A stretch of DNA of 63,973 nucleotides, counting the filler, from Octopus bimaculoides (Eukaryota): the NCBI RefSeq assembly GCF_001194135.2. It is 4 parts of 3 records of this genome, joined end to end, with 100 filler letters (N's around TTAATTAATTAA, not from the genome) between each part and the next. Parts side by side here need not be neighbours in the genome. Positions count along the whole stretch, not along the records: positions 22,980 to 40,258 come from NC_068995.1; 3 more parts are not named here. One strand, written 5' to 3'. This document shows, piece after piece, positions 25,642-39,862 of the stretch. Position numbers and translations under genes: made by a program. Within the stretch, counting starts at the first letter, position 1. Each line of letters begins with the position of its first letter. The notes under the pieces are model-generated. The model had not been told where the DNA came from, did no database searches, and saw only the letters and a list, made by a program, of their open reading frames with translations.

Positions 25642-25684
<43 letters not shown>

Positions 25685-25685
25685 T
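25410..25685. repeat. Imperfect trinucleotide tract (CAT/CAG/TAG)
   Basis: Direct reading. Confidence 0.9.
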
Positions 25686-26094
25686 GCATAGAAAAAAAAA
25701 CGTTGAATAGACCAAATTTCCATTGCCTTTATGTGCTGCCCCACCTCAACACCACGACCGACCCAACATCCACACCCGACCCTTTCCAACAAATAGTAAT
25801 TTTCCAGAATTCTTTAAAACAATGCATTAATTTACTCTTGCTTTTAGCTTCGAGCTTTATTCTTCGTTTATTTTTGTTTTTATTGTTGCTTCACAAAACA
25901 AAGATTAAAAAAAATAAAACAGAAAATACAACATAACACGATAATGATAAATAAAAAGACCAACAACAATAACATATAGTTCCTGGTTAATTACATGTAT
26001 ACATTGTTTTCAATATTGTTTTGTGGGTTGTGTAATTGGTCTTGCTGTTACGGCATTGGGTCTACTTCTGGTTGTCGTTTTTGTTGTTATTGTT

Positions 26095-26291
26095 GTTGGT
26101 GATGATGACGACGACGACGATGACTACGGTGATGATGATGATGAGGAGGAGAATGATGTTTTGTTCTTGTTGCTGTTCTGGGTAATGTTAGTGTTTTCGT
26201 TGCTACTGCTGCTGCCCTATCCGAATTGCTTTATGGTCACGATGATGATGATGATGATGATGATGACATTACTGACATTGACGAAGACGAT

Positions 26292-26329
<38 letters not shown>

Positions 26330-26390
26330 TGATGATGATGATGGTGACGAAAACGATGTTGACGACGACGATGACAATGATAACGAAGAC
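26095..26390. repeat. (GAT/GAC)n tract
   Basis: Direct reading. Confidence 0.9.
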
Positions 26391-27214
26391 TTAAAAATGT
26401 CGGTACGTGTGATTATTTAGGTATCCGTTTGAATTTTGGGAAGTTTCTAACGGACACCTTCAGATTCTGTCTTGGGAAGAGAGAATCTCAAGACGTAACA
26501 TAGTAATAATTTCCGATTCAAAAACTCTTTTGCGTGTGTTCCAGTTTTATATCGATAACAGATTATTATGTACTGTTTCACTAATGCCTCGATAATACCG
26601 AAGCTACATAAACAATTTCTCCAGAGCATATCTGAGGAGGTAACGACCAGCCGTGACGTAATCACATTAAAATTATCAGTCCTGAGACAAAATTCAAAAT
26701 AATGTGAACTTTCTGTTCTACATAGATCCCAGTTTAATCTGACCTTTATTTTTTTTCTGTCAAGCAAAACACTAAAGCAAGGGTGGGGATGTATCTGTGT
26801 TTAAGAATAGCTGCTGTGTAACCATATCTTTCCATCGTTCTGTTTCCACTTTGGTAAAGTGTTTTTAATGTTATCGCGTCGTTCAATAACAAGTGAGTTT
26901 TGCTTGACAGCATTTGTTGTCGATGTATTGGTTCAGGTAGATGTTGACGAGTACAGTGCGGTTACATTTTATTGAGATGTGATCGGAGCTATCTCACAGT
27001 GAATTACCGATTTAAGTATCTGTCAAAATGCTTGATGTTCTAGCGCACCTGCGATCAAAGAAGATTTCATTGTCACACTTTATATGAAAATTTGAGAAAT
27101 AAATTATATAATGTAAAAATAAAGCATTTTAAGACTATAGATATTTAGAGCTTACCTTGATTTTTAAATCGTACCTGTCGATAAATATATTTATAATTCG
27201 TACAATGTGAAGAA

Positions 27215-27510
27215 TCAACAATGCGAAAATAAATTTAGCATTAGATTAATAATTCATTCAAGGCTGGAACAACGTACCATACGCACCCTATACAATTTCG
27301 GATCACAACACGTAAATTCCATGTAACACAATTCTTTTTCCTCATCAGTCCATGCTCTATTCAATATTATTCCGATACAAATCAACGACGAAAAGATCAT
27401 GTCATCTTCAGACGAAACCTGGACAAATCTCTTAAAGACATACCAGATAAACCACCTATGCCAGGATACAGCTCATTCCACAAAAATCTCCGTACTTTAA
27501 TGGGATATGA
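27215..27510 (+). mobile_element. LINE (CR1/L2-like) C-terminal remnant
   Basis: FNIIPIQINDEK/DHVIFRRNLDKSLKDIPDKPPMPGY fits the LFN.LP..I...F...LD..L..IPD.P pattern at the end of LINE ORF2. Confidence 0.55.
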
Positions 27511-28005
27511 TACCACAGATCTTGATTTAAAATGACTCCACGTATCCTATCAGGTTGTACTATTATGTAAGACATGGCTCGGGCCAATAAATCGCCGAAA
27601 AAATATCTAAATTATCGAAGTTATCCAAGTCGTATATATCAATATGGAAAAGTATATTATTCATGAGGTTCAACAAATTGTAAATGTTATATTGGTTATT
27701 ATATGTTTCAAAAGCATTGACTCTCGGATGGGATGAAAACCAAGTGATTTAGAAATATCTTTATTTATTGAGGAAGTTTCGAAAAATATTACCAGCGAAT
27801 CGGATACTCGTAAAGATTCACTATGTGACGTTTTAGCATTATTCTTGTTACTCATATTTATCTGAAGCAAACATATGGGAGTTAGACAAATGGGATACTG
27901 TATGACACCTATGGTATCAAAAGCCATGTGACAGTAATGATCCTGTTGTTTCCAAAAAATATATATTTCAGATAAGATCTCTCTCCTTTTTTTCCTTTAG
28001 TTTAA

Positions 28006-28229
28006 AATTCTTTTATACTCTAGGGACAAGGCCTGAAATTTTTTGTGGGGTGGAGGGGCAGTCGATTAGATCGAAACCACTACACAACTCGTACTTAATT
28101 TATCGACCCAGAAAGGATGAAATGCAAAGTCGACCTCGGCAGAATTTGAACTCAGAACGTAAAGACAGACGAAATACGACTAAGCATTTCTCCCGGCATG
28201 CTAGCGTTTCTGTCAGCTCACCGTCTTCA
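28006..28229 (-). mobile_element. SINE family B, full length
   Basis: ACAAGGCCTGAAATT..AATTTATCGACCCAGAAAGGATGAAA..AGTCGACCTCGGCAGAATTTGAACTCAGAACG..CTGTCAGCTCACCG. Confidence 0.85.
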
Positions 28230-28655
28230 TTTACTTTAATATTAAATAATCAAGGGCATGGTTGTTCAAATAAATGTGTACACAGATGATCAACTTACTG
28301 GGTGACTCCGTTGGTGATGCACGTTATTACAGTTGATGAAGAATGCATTGTAGGTATATGGTTGTTAACTACACATTGCCACAGTTCGAGAATAAGTTGC
28401 TATTTGGTAATGTCCGACACGTAAAGAGTTCGATGACAGAATCGATCATAGATCATCGCAATTACAATAATCTCTCACAAAAACTCAGTAAACATTACAC
28501 TGAACCAGCTTTATCAGTACACAAATATGTATATATGCAAAGATACGCAGAACATAATGATTCACAGCCTATAAATATGTGTGTCCTTAGGTACGTTTGT
28601 GATATATGTAAATATATATGTTAATATACATATAGATATAGTATACATGTAGAAA

Positions 28656-28716
<61 letters not shown>

Positions 28717-28983
28717 NNNNNNNNNNNNNNNNNNNNNNNNNNNNNNNNNNNNNNNNNNNNNNNNNNNNNNNNNNNNNNNNNNNNNNNNNNNNNNNNNNNN
28801 NNNNNNNNNNNNNNNNNNNNNNNNNNNNNNNNNNNNNNNNNNNNNNNNNNNNNNNNNNNNNNNNNNNNNNNNNNNNNNNNNNNNNNNNNNNNNNNNNNNN
28901 NNNNNNNNNNNNNNNNNNNNNNNNNNNNNNNNNNNNNNNNNNNNNNNNNNNNNNNNNNNNNNNNNNNNNNNNNNNNNNNTGTC

Positions 28984-29045
<62 letters not shown>

Positions 29046-30707
29046 CACCTGCAAAGAGAAATACAATAATACTTACGTGAAGTTCTGTAGTTGGGTATGT
29101 GGTTGTGCAGCAATCAATACTATTACGATTTAAAATCACAGAGAAGTTAAACTTTGTTTTGTTGTTCCTACTGTTATTTTCAATTGAATTCCTAAGCTAC
29201 TTCATTGCTATTATGGATACTCATGAATTCTCAAAAGTTTTCCCTTCCAATTTACGAAATTAATGAATAAATTTTATACTCCATGGCTTAAACAAATTGC
29301 ATACAATTTCTTTCTTCTCCCTGAAAATTACTCAGGCGTTTCTGGTTTTGCAGTAACTTAAATAAGCATATTTGGTTATTAGATATATACAGAGCACGAG
29401 TGACAAACACATACAGTAAGGAAATAACAAAAATATTTTAACATATATGTGCGTGTGCGTACGAGTGTGTGTGAGTGTGTTTATATGTATGTGCGTGTGT
29501 GTACGTACATATATTCACATAATATANNNNNNNNNNNNNNNNNNNNNNNNNNNNNNNNNNNNNNNNNNNNNNNNNNNNNNNNNNNNNNNNNNNNNNNNNN
29601 NNNNNNNNNNNNNNNNNNNNNNNNNNNNNNNNNNNNNNNNNNNNNNNNNNNNNNNNNNNNNNNNNNNNNNNNNNNNNNNNNNNNNNNNNNNNNNNNNNNN
29701 NNNNNNNNNNNNNNNNNNNNNNNNNNNNNNNNNNNNNNNNNNNNNNNNNNNATATATAATTATAGATATATACATATTTGAACAAACTGACACTTAAATG
29801 TATCGAACTAATACATTTATAAGAAGTATAGGCATATATATGAATATATATGTATGTGTATGTGTATGTGCGTAAGTGTGTATGTGTGATTGTGTAAATA
29901 TTTAGACGCACAATAGATGCGTATAAATAAACATATAAGTAGATACGACTGATAAAAAAATTAAGCTATAGAGTTGAATAATGAATATATACATAAGTAC
30001 AATAAAAAAAAAATTGAGGAATGGAATATAGGGTGTATTGCAGGTGTTATAATGACATGCACGTGTGCAAATTGAAAGTTTATATTCTAACACTTACATA
30101 AACTCTACGCTGATACGTATATACGTACATATATATATATATGTATGTATGTATGTACATCTATGTGTTTACGTAGATATATGTGCAAATGCAAACAGAT
30201 ATATGTATATATTCATAAGCGCACCCGTACACATGCACACACCCACTTACATATATATCCGTAAATCGGCATACGGCTTATGTAAATTTCAGAATATATA
30301 TTGTCAATTTTCACTCACACGCGCATAGACACGCACACATGCGCACTCAAACTTTCAGAATGGAGAGTTTATCAGAAAGTGTTTCGATCGTCTTTCCAAA
30401 CTGAACGTTAAGGTATAAACCTTTTCGTTTTAACCAGATTTTAGTAAAGCGCACTATGCATCCGTTTCGGTGGTGTTACGTAGATATTCATTGCTATTTA
30501 AAGCATTTTCAACTGTGTTTACTCCAACATCATATTGGCATATATTGTTCCCGGCTTGTTTATTCACAACTACTGATTAATTTTCACCCCCTCACTACCT
30601 AATGAACTCGACATACAGTCAAATTTTGGTATCGTCATTTTCATTAATGGTAATCGGCAAATATAAGTGTTCGTAAATGCCCACGCTCACATAAATACAT
30701 GCATGTA

Positions 30708-31076
30708 AAGGGTATCCACAGAGTCTGGGTACATGGGGATTAACACACTTTTAAAACAAAACAATTTTATTTAATTATTATGTTAATAAATAATATTTTC
30801 AAAATGATTTCCATCATTTTCAATGCATGACTTGACGCGCCTTGCAAAATTCATGTGAACTTGATTAAATAAGTCTACATTGTCTCCAATTTCAGCACAC
30901 TGACTGGTAATGCGTTCTCTCATGTGGTTTAAATCTGTAATCTTTATAGAGTAAACTTTGTCTTTCAACATACCCCAGAAAAAAGAAGTCAAGGAGAGAA
31001 AGGTCTGGTGAACAAGGGGATTTTATCATGTCATGGTTTTATTTATTCCATGTACCCAAACTTTGTGGACACCCTT
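30708..31076 (-). mobile_element. Internally deleted Tc1/mariner element (369 bp)
   Basis: 29-bp TIRs (AAGGGTATCCACAGAGTCTGGGTACATGG, 3 mismatches) with TA on both flanks. The minus strand encodes the transposase C-terminus SPDLSPLDFFFWGMLKDKVY..RRVKSCIENDGNHFENII. Confidence 0.9.
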
Positions 31077-31226
31077 TATATATGTGTGTATGTGTGTGTG
31101 CACGCGCGTGCGTGTGTTTTTGGATGTATGCGTGCGTGTTCGTGTGCGTGTTTGCGTGTGTGTGTGTGCGTGCGTGTTCTCCAACCGTAAGTTGGTGCTA
31201 AATGTCTCTAATATTCTCATTATTTT

Positions 31227-31440
31227 GGAAGGCGGAAAACTGACAGAATCGTTTGCACGCCGGGAAAAATGCTTCGCGACATTGTGTTCGTATTTCAGGT
31301 TCTGAGTTCCACAGTCGATTTTGCCTTTTATATTTTCGGCGTCTGGAGATTGAGTACCAGTTGAGCACTGGGACCGATGTAATCGACTTATCCCCTTCTC
31401 CGAAACTGTTGGCCATGTGCCAAAATTTCAAACTGTTATT
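31227..31440 (+). mobile_element. SINE family B
   Basis: GGCGGAAAACTGACAGAATCG..GTCGATTTTGCCTTT..GAGTACCAGTTGAGCACTGG..ATCGACT. Confidence 0.75.
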
Positions 31441-31460
31441 TTCAATACTTTATAATTAAT

Positions 31461-31724
31461 AGTGGAGGCGCGTGGCTTAGTTGTTAGGGTGTCATCATCA
31501 TGATCGTAAAATTGTGGTTTCGATTCCTGGACCGGGCGATGCGTTGTATTCTTGAGCAAAACACTTCATTTCCCCTTGCTCCAGTCCACTCAGCTGGCAA
31601 AAATGAGTAACGCTGCGCTGGACTGGCGTCCCGTCCAGCTGGGGAACACATACGCCATTGAAACCGGGAACCCGGGATCATGAGCCTGGCTAGGCTTTAA
31701 ATAGGGCACATTTATTTTTTTTTT
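31461..31724 (+). mobile_element. CORE-like SINE with a distinct tail (family E)
   Basis: GGAGGCGCGTGGCTTAG..GTTTCGATTCC..TCTTGAGCAAAACACTTCATTTC..GCTCCAGTCCACTCAGCTGGCAAAAATGAGTA, then a tail unlike families D and F. Confidence 0.8.
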
Positions 31725-32280
31725 AAATTTATAATTAGTAATGTTTAATGAGCTTAGTTCATGAAATATCCGACCAGTGGCCCTGAATGCAGATAATTTT
31801 TTATACACTTACTACTTAGAGTAAGTGCCTTTATGCGCCGTTGTACACTTGTCTCATTTTTCAACCAGGGTGACAATGCATATCATGTGTTTAAGTATAA
31901 CAAAGTGGTTTCTTCCCAGCATAGATTGCGTTTTCATTTATACACGTTTGATATGATTTTTTTCCGAATGCGTAGCTTTCATTTATGTTTTACAAGTGAA
32001 ATAATGCCGTAAATATAGATAAGTTTTTACTGAGATCTAGTTATTCTTTTTCATTTTGAGCTTTGGTTTATTATATTACGTGATAGATAGGCTGTTTTGT
32101 GGCGTACACGCATGTGTATGACGGTAGGCATGTATATACGTGTACACAAATATGTATGTCTATATTTACGCATCTGTCCAAATGTATAAATATTCATAAA
32201 TACACATACACACACATACGCTCGCACATACGCACAATCATATCAATGTATATTTGTATTGATGTGTGTATGTGTGTGTT

Positions 32281-32289
<9 letters not shown>

Positions 32290-32346
<57 letters not shown>

Positions 32347-32351
32347 AATAT

Positions 32352-32394
<43 letters not shown>

Positions 32395-32395
32395 C
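32290..32395. repeat. (TA)n-(GATA)n microsatellite
   Basis: Direct reading. Confidence 0.95.
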
Positions 32396-35360
32396 ACACA
32401 CACTCACGTATGTGTGTGTGTGTGTGTGTGCGTATATATGTTTGTATATATGCACAGAAATCTCTGGTTATTTTGTTAGCATCATTTTTTCACATGTGTG
32501 CTTTTTATGTGTGAATAATATGTGTGCGTTAAAAGAGATAATATTTCTATCTCCTTTCAGTATTCATGCACTTATTTCATATAACTAAACAAACGTATTC
32601 TTATTTTTATACTTTTAATCCTTCTCATTAGTTTATTTGAGATTACTTCATTCACGTCTTGGAGATAAATTTCAGCTTCAAATCAGAAATATTTTTAATC
32701 CCCTTTATTAAAGCTGAAATAATACATCTAAGCCATGTTTTCCTTCACATTACCATTATTGCCAGTTTGCTCTTTCATATTTATGTGTATTATAACTATT
32801 TTACTAAAATACATACAACTGTTTCACCTTAATTTACACTAATGCTTTAATTTTACGATTACCACTTTAATAAAGAAAACCTTCAGAATCTTAAACAATT
32901 CCATTATCATTCGTTGTAGTATCTGTATTATCATAGCGGAATAGAATATGAGAGACAATCAGACAGGCAAGGGGGTTTGTTAAAGAGACGAAGAGAGAGA
33001 AAATTCGATATTTTCCAGCAGATATATTTCTAAGTAATAGCAGAAATATAGATCTAAGAGAAACATATGTTATTTTTTTTTTTTTTAATTCTCAACAGAC
33101 ACCACAAAATTATCTTCATGAATGAAAGATCATGGTTCTAAGTTAGCTCTGAAATGGAGTCGAATTACAAGAGAATAAAAAAAATGTAATATCTTTGATT
33201 TAAATGCAGAAAAAGTGATTTTCCCCCTTTTTAAATATGAATATGATTAGAAAAGTGGAATGTATACAGTATTCGATATCTATATATTAACAATTATTTC
33301 TAAGAGTCAAAATGTTGTAATGCTACCGCTCTGCCTATTTTTTTGTTTTGTTCGGAATATTTCCTCCAACTTTTCCAATGTGTGTTCTCATTTCATTCAT
33401 TGTTCGTATTCTTTTGTTTTATTTTTCTATGAATTGTTTTACCGTTCACAATTATGACTTTGTTTCTCCACTACCTTCAATTTCTGTTGATTTAACTTTC
33501 ATGAGCATTGAACACGCATATCAAGAGACACGTTGTACAGCTTTATTGAACTATTTTAAAATCAGATGATTATTGATACCGGTAGATATCGCTTTTAAGT
33601 AGACTTATGTTAAAACACCTACGACTTCTCAGAAATCATTTTCTAATAAAAATCCATTCACAATATTAAACGGCTGAAGCGCTCTCAACGAGATGTGCTC
33701 TCATAAACAAACTGCTACAAGCAAATCGAAACTTCGGCAGTATTTTCATTTCGTTATGAAATTTTCTCATTTGGCTGGATTATGTAGCAAACTTATACAG
33801 AAATGTTTCAGTTACGATAATGCTGCTGTTTCAAGCCAGAGCAAATGTCTGTTAATATGGAATATATATAAGCTTTGGAGACGTTAAAAAAAGAATGACA
33901 GTGCGACAAAAATCAAGTGTCATTTCATGTTATATTAATACAGCCATTACGAAAGACATTCCTTTTTTTTTTTTTCATTTGTCTCATATTATTTCTCCTT
34001 GATATTTCAGTTTCCAATTTTCTTTAGTTACATATTAACAAATGAAAATTTGAAACTAAAAGCCGTAAGCAAAATTATGGAATTCGAGAAGAGCTTTTAG
34101 CATTAGAATTATAAAAATATAAATTGAGGTGGACATAATGTTACACATTTATTTATTTATTTGTATAATTAAGATTTTGTGCATCAAAATATCTTTTTCG
34201 AAATTTCTGAATACTAAGTTTTGCTTAATATTGAAAGAATGTAAAATATCATGACATGTGTAATCCTAAATACGTATTTCTTCCATCATATACGTCCTGC
34301 ATTTGATCCTGAAGTAATTATAGTTGGGGAATATTCCATTTCTGTTTTGTGCGTAATAAACTCGTGACCCAGCAGTTCAAGATTTCGAAGTAATCATTGA
34401 AAATATATGTCAGTTGGTTTGTTGACAGCCTTGCACTTCCAACTTCAAGGACACATACAATTCGAAATTTCTTTCTGATATTTCAAGAATTCGTAAATGC
34501 TTATGCTAAATGCACGCATGCTGCAGTTCTTTATGCTATAACATATGAATGTGTCAAGCCATATATTGCATAAGACATGAATGATTTTAAAACATGTATA
34601 TTCTTTTACATGAGACGTATAATTTCAGGCACATTTCAAATATCAGTTATATCTTTAAAAACTACTTGCCTACAGTTCGTTAATTCATAGTCACTGAGAT
34701 GGAACTTTTCGACCTATACTGATATTAAGATTGAAGTTTGCTTTAATCACACCCACCGATATAAAATATTAGATAATCTTTGAAGTGATATAAGCGAGAG
34801 AGCACTTTTGGCCATAACACGTCGGAAAAGAACTTGTGACAAGACATCGTTATTATATATATATATATATATATANNNNNNNNNNNNNNNNNNNNNNNNN
34901 NNNNNNNNNNNNNNNNNNNNNNNNNNNNNNNNNNNNNNNNNNNNNNNNNNNNNNNNNNNNNNNNNNNNNNNNNNNNNNNNNNNNNNNNNNNNNNNNNNNN
35001 NNNNNNNNNNNNNNNNNNNNNNNNNNNNNNNNNNNNNNNNNNNNNNNNNNNNNNNNNNNNNNNNNNNNNNNNNNNNNNNNNNNNNNNNNNNNNNNNNNNN
35101 NNNNNNNNNNNNNNNNNNNNNNNNNNNNNNNNNNNNNNNNNNNNNNNNNNNNNNNNNNNNNNNNNNNNNNNNNNNNNNNNNNNNNNNNNNNNNNNNNNNN
35201 NNNNNNNNNNNNNNNNNNNNNNNNNNNNNNNNNNNNNNNNNNNNNNNNNNNNNNNNNNNNNNNNNNNNNNNNNNNNNNNNNNNNNNNNNNNNNNNNNNNN
35301 NNNNNNNNNNNNNNNNNNNNNNNNNNNNNNNNNNNNNNNNNNNNNNNNATATATATACCA

Positions 35361-35437
<77 letters not shown>

Positions 35438-36072
35438 AATTGTACTTATTAAAAACAGTTGACATATTTGCATATTCTGAATAAATTATATATTTGACCA
35501 ATGATATAGAGCACTCCAATCTCTGATTGCTACTGCAATTTTTTTTCGAATTTTCCGGCAGGTATTAACGATATTTTAGCGAGTGATAACATACGATGTT
35601 CATTTTATTCATGAGAATATTCACGAACAATGTGAAGAGATATACATTCAAACAAGAATTGAAACAAGTTCGTACACATTGTCAGATTCAACATATCTCT
35701 TTACAGTATAGAAATGGTAAAGAAAACAAGAAAGAAAATCAGAATCTGAGAATGGACTGCTGCAATGAAGGTGTTCCTGAATTATTGTTGTGATAATTGG
35801 GACAATTCAGCTTATTAGATATGATTTATTACTTGGAGAAATTTATCCACGTATAATCTAGTTATGTTATCGTTTCTGTCATTACACTTGGTCACTTATC
35901 AAATAAATTGCATTAGAATTCACAAAAATAATGCTGCTCATTAAGAACTTATGGCTGGTCGGTGTGTATGTATTAAACACTCTGTATGTTTATATATGTG
36001 ATTATGTCTTTGTGTGTATAAGTATATATATATATATTTATTTATATATATATATACAGTACATATACGTGC

Positions 36073-36106
<34 letters not shown>

Positions 36107-36165
36107 ATACATACATACATGCATACATACACACACACACGCACATACACCCACATACACACACA

Positions 36166-36216
<51 letters not shown>

Positions 36217-38042
36217 GTATACGTGGCATGATTGACCTCGAGTTATCTGATTACAGCTCACTAATCATATTTGGAAATCATCTCTGAACAGTCTGTCCCT
36301 TAGTCATTGTACAGGTCATTGGGGGAAATAATGATGAGGTATTTTCAGGACTTTTTATAAATTGATAGCAGCACGATGGGCCGAGTGGGTACGTTATGAA
36401 CCTGTCAGCACATTATTCGTGATTTCTCGGAGAATTATCGCTAAAATATTCCTTATTTATGCAATATGTTTAAGTGTATTTTGTCTGTTGCCCGAAAAGA
36501 TGGTTAGAAAAGAAAAAGAAAGAAAGAATTACGGTAGTTTTAGAATATATCTTCTAAATTAAAAAAGAATCCAGAGTGGTTCAAATTATTTCATAAATAT
36601 TAATGGAATGAATTGTATTATATTTAAATGCATATTGTATGAAAATGCAACTGTCATGGTCGTAGAAATTTTTACTGCGATGGTTTTATATGAACGCATT
36701 ACATTGCGAGTGAAAGAGGATAAGAGACATTATTTCCTGTGTGGCTCGAACGAAAATATCGCAGATTTGGAATATGCTTCGTATATGAGTGTTTGTGTGT
36801 GTTTGTCTGTATATATATATATATATTTATATANNNNNNNNNNNNNNNNNNNNNNNNNNNNNNNNNNNNNNNNNNNNNNNNNNNNNNNNNNNNNNNNNNN
36901 NNNNNNNNNNNNNNNNNNNNNNNNNNNNNNNNNNNNNNNNNNNNNNNNNNNNNNNNNNNNNNNNNNNNNNNNNNNNNNNNNNNNNNNNNNNNNNNNNNNN
37001 NNNNNNNNNNNNNNNNNNNNNNNNNNNNNNNNNNNNNNNNNNNNNNNNNNNNNNNNNNNNNNNNNNNNNNNNNNNNNNNNNNNNNNNNNNNNNNNNNNNN
37101 NNNNNNNNNNNNNNNNNNNNNNNNNNNNNNNNNNNNNNNNNNNNNNNNNNNNNNNNNNNNNNNNNNNNNNNNNNNNNNNNNNNNNNNNNNNNNNNNNNNN
37201 NNNNNNNNNNNNNNNNNNNNNNNNNNNNNNNNNNNNNNNNNNNNNNNNNNNNNNNNNNNNNNNNNNNNNNNNNNNNNNNNNNNNNNNNNNNNNNNNNNNN
37301 NNNNNNNNNNNNNNTTTTTTTTTTTTTTTTTATGGGAATAGATTAAGTATCTACATTCTGAGTTAACATCGAGCAAACGTATCATTTTATGATCGTTAAA
37401 TTAACGTTCCGCTAATGAAATTGATTTCTCTCCTCTCCCTATTACCCTACCTTATTCTCCAACGGTCTCATCCTTAATGACTCTTTCTCTTTCTTGCATG
37501 AACTTGAAGTATAGTAAACATGATATATTTCCTAAGTAAGTCAGCCATCTTCTGTTCTCCATGTATTCAAACTGCATGCATGTATTCAATGCTTTTCGTT
37601 TTGAAAATGCTGCTGTATTTGAAACGTAAAAAAAAGAAAAAAACGTTAATATCGAACAGATTTGCATGCGGGGCTGCGATTGTATTTCACATTTTATGGA
37701 TCATAACAAACTTGTGAATAATCTTTAGCATAATATCAATCGTCATTATTTGACTTGCTTGTTATAAATTCCTTAACTGATTCTTTATTGGAAAAAGTAA
37801 AGCGAACAACGAATGGATGAGCTAATTTGCCCAGCCATTATATTCCATATGTTTGTTGCAGCAACAAAATCTTATTTCCATACACTAGTAAAAACTTTCA
37901 ATACCAATTCCCCAACGTACTAATCTAAAGAATGCGCCAGAACGTGGTTAATTATCATCTTCGAACATACACTCGCCTGTATTTTATATAGATATAGAAA
38001 ATATGATCGTCACTTCTCTCAGAAATATATTACTTATCCTCA

Positions 38043-38283
38043 GCCATGGGCTGACGAAAGCCTTCGGAGTGGATTTGTCAGACGAAACTCAAAGCCCATG
38101 GCGAAATGCTTAGCGGTATTTCGTCTGCCGCTACTTTCAGAGTTCAAATTCCGCCGAAGTCGACTTAGCATTTCCTCCTTTCGGGGTCGGTTAAATAAGT
38201 ACCAGTTACGCAATCGAATTAATCCCTTCGTCTGTCTTGTTTGTCCCCTGTATGTTTAGATCCTTGTGGGCAATAAAAAATGA
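38043..38283 (+). mobile_element. Composite of a family A body fragment (38043-38100) fused to a 5'-truncated family B copy with a variant tail
   Basis: AAAGCCTTCGGAGTGGATTTGTCAGACGAAACT (family A) joined to GGCGAAATGCTTAGCGGTATTTCGTC..AGAGTTCAAATTCCGCCG (family B). Confidence 0.7.
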
Positions 38284-38285
38284 AT

Positions 38286-38328
<43 letters not shown>

Positions 38329-38694
38329 NNNNNNNNNNNNNNNNNNNNNNNNNNNNNNNNNNNNNNNNNNNNNNNNNNNNNNNNNNNNNNNNNNNNNNNN
38401 NNNNNNNNNNNNNNNNNNNNNNNNNNNNNNNNNNNNNNNNNNNNNNNNNNNNNNNNNNNNNNNNNNNNNNNNNNNNNNNNNNNNNNNNNNNNNNNNNNNN
38501 NNNNNNNNNNNNNNNNNNNNNNNNNNNNNNNNNNNNNNNNNNNNNNNNNNNNNNNNNNNNNNNNNNNNNNNNNNNNNNNNNNNNNNNNNNNNNNNNNNNN
38601 NNNNNNNNNNNNNNNNNNNNNNNNNNNNNNNNNNNNNNNNNNNNNNNNNNNNNNNNNNNNNNNNNNNNNNNNNNNNNNNNNNNNNNNNNNNNNN

Positions 38695-38743
<49 letters not shown>

Positions 38744-39149
38744 TGTAGGGAATGTAATACCACTTCCTAGAATCACGGAATCTAAATTTACTTTATATTG
38801 TGCCTGTAACGGTGTGAACTTGCTACCCACTTCATTATTATCTCATTAATACTATTAATAACGGCAATAATACTCCTATATTTATATCTATACTTATAAG
38901 TCTGAGTCTATTTTTGCGTGTATATGAACATGCATAAACTTTCTGTAGACAAATATTGACAAGAATAACCTTCAACGGACAGTGATTTGCTTTGGTTATT
39001 TTCCACGTTCATTTTCTCTGCAAGGTACTTTTTAGGAGAAGATAATATTAATCATGTCTAGAATACGTAGTTTAACAGAAAATTATGGTGAAAAAATATA
39101 ATTAGCTTTGATAAAGGACTTTTGTTATTTTGTGTTCAGGGAAGCGTTA

Positions 39150-39335
39150 AATGAAGGTGAAAGCAGTTGAATTCATGTACCCTTAACAGAGATACAAGTC
39201 CTTTGAATTACAAATAGGACTTAATTTTGGTTGCTGAGTAGAACGTATCAACGTGAAATAAAGTGTCTTGCTCAAGGGACACAACACACCAACAGAAACC
39301 GAACTGCTGACCAAAGGATCATGATCCAGTAAGCC
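39150..39335 (-). mobile_element. Degenerate CORE-like SINE
   Basis: CAACGTGAAATAAAGTGTCTTGCTCAAGGGACACAAC. Confidence 0.55.
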
Positions 39336-39716
39336 AGAAGCCTTCCAAGAATAGAAAGAATATGGTATTATAAAACTGTTTTAGGGGTTTCTTATCTGCT
39401 TCTCGCATAGCTATATTACTTTATATTTATATTATAACATATTACACAATATTATATTATATCAATTTATAATATATTATATTATATGATATTATATCAT
39501 AGAATATTATAACGCATTATATTATATTATGTTATATTATATAAGTATATATATATATATATATATATATAATTACGTGAAACAGCTTAATGCTATCTAT
39601 TAACCCAAATGAGTCTTTTTTAAGTGCATACATTTATAAGCCAGCAAAGATAAGTAAGGTTTATATAAATATAGCAATGTATATGCATATCTACACATGC
39701 AGGTACATGTTTGTGT

Positions 39717-39862
39717 AATGAAGAAGCTCGCTTTGCATCATTGCGGTTTAGGGTTCAGTCCTACAATGCAGCAATTTGATAACATGTTTTTTAATACAGC
39801 CCCGGTACGAAACAAATCCTTGTGAGCAGATATGGTAGAGAGGTGCTGAAAGAAGCCGCTAT
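39717..39862 (+). mobile_element. SINE family A, degenerate 5' half
   Basis: AAGAAGCTCGCTT..GGGTTCAGTCC..CCTTGTGAG..GCTGAAAGAAGCCG, similar to 3748-3915. Confidence 0.6.

Noticed and set aside
25382-26420. Poly-Ser/Val/Asp ORFs
   Set aside because: Trinucleotide microsatellites.
23192-26600. TIR-domain-like spacing in KLSVTAIEF..DNI..SREI and EERISRRNIVIISD
   Set aside because: The BB-loop Pro-Gly is absent, the two pieces are redundant rather than consecutive, and the RT explanation fits the first piece better.
38043-38102. HHR-like GCCAUGGG-CUGACGA..GAAA..CCCAUGGC with a perfect 8-bp outer stem
   Set aside because: There is no NUH triplet (CUCAAAG) and no stem II, and the sequence is a family A SINE body variant.
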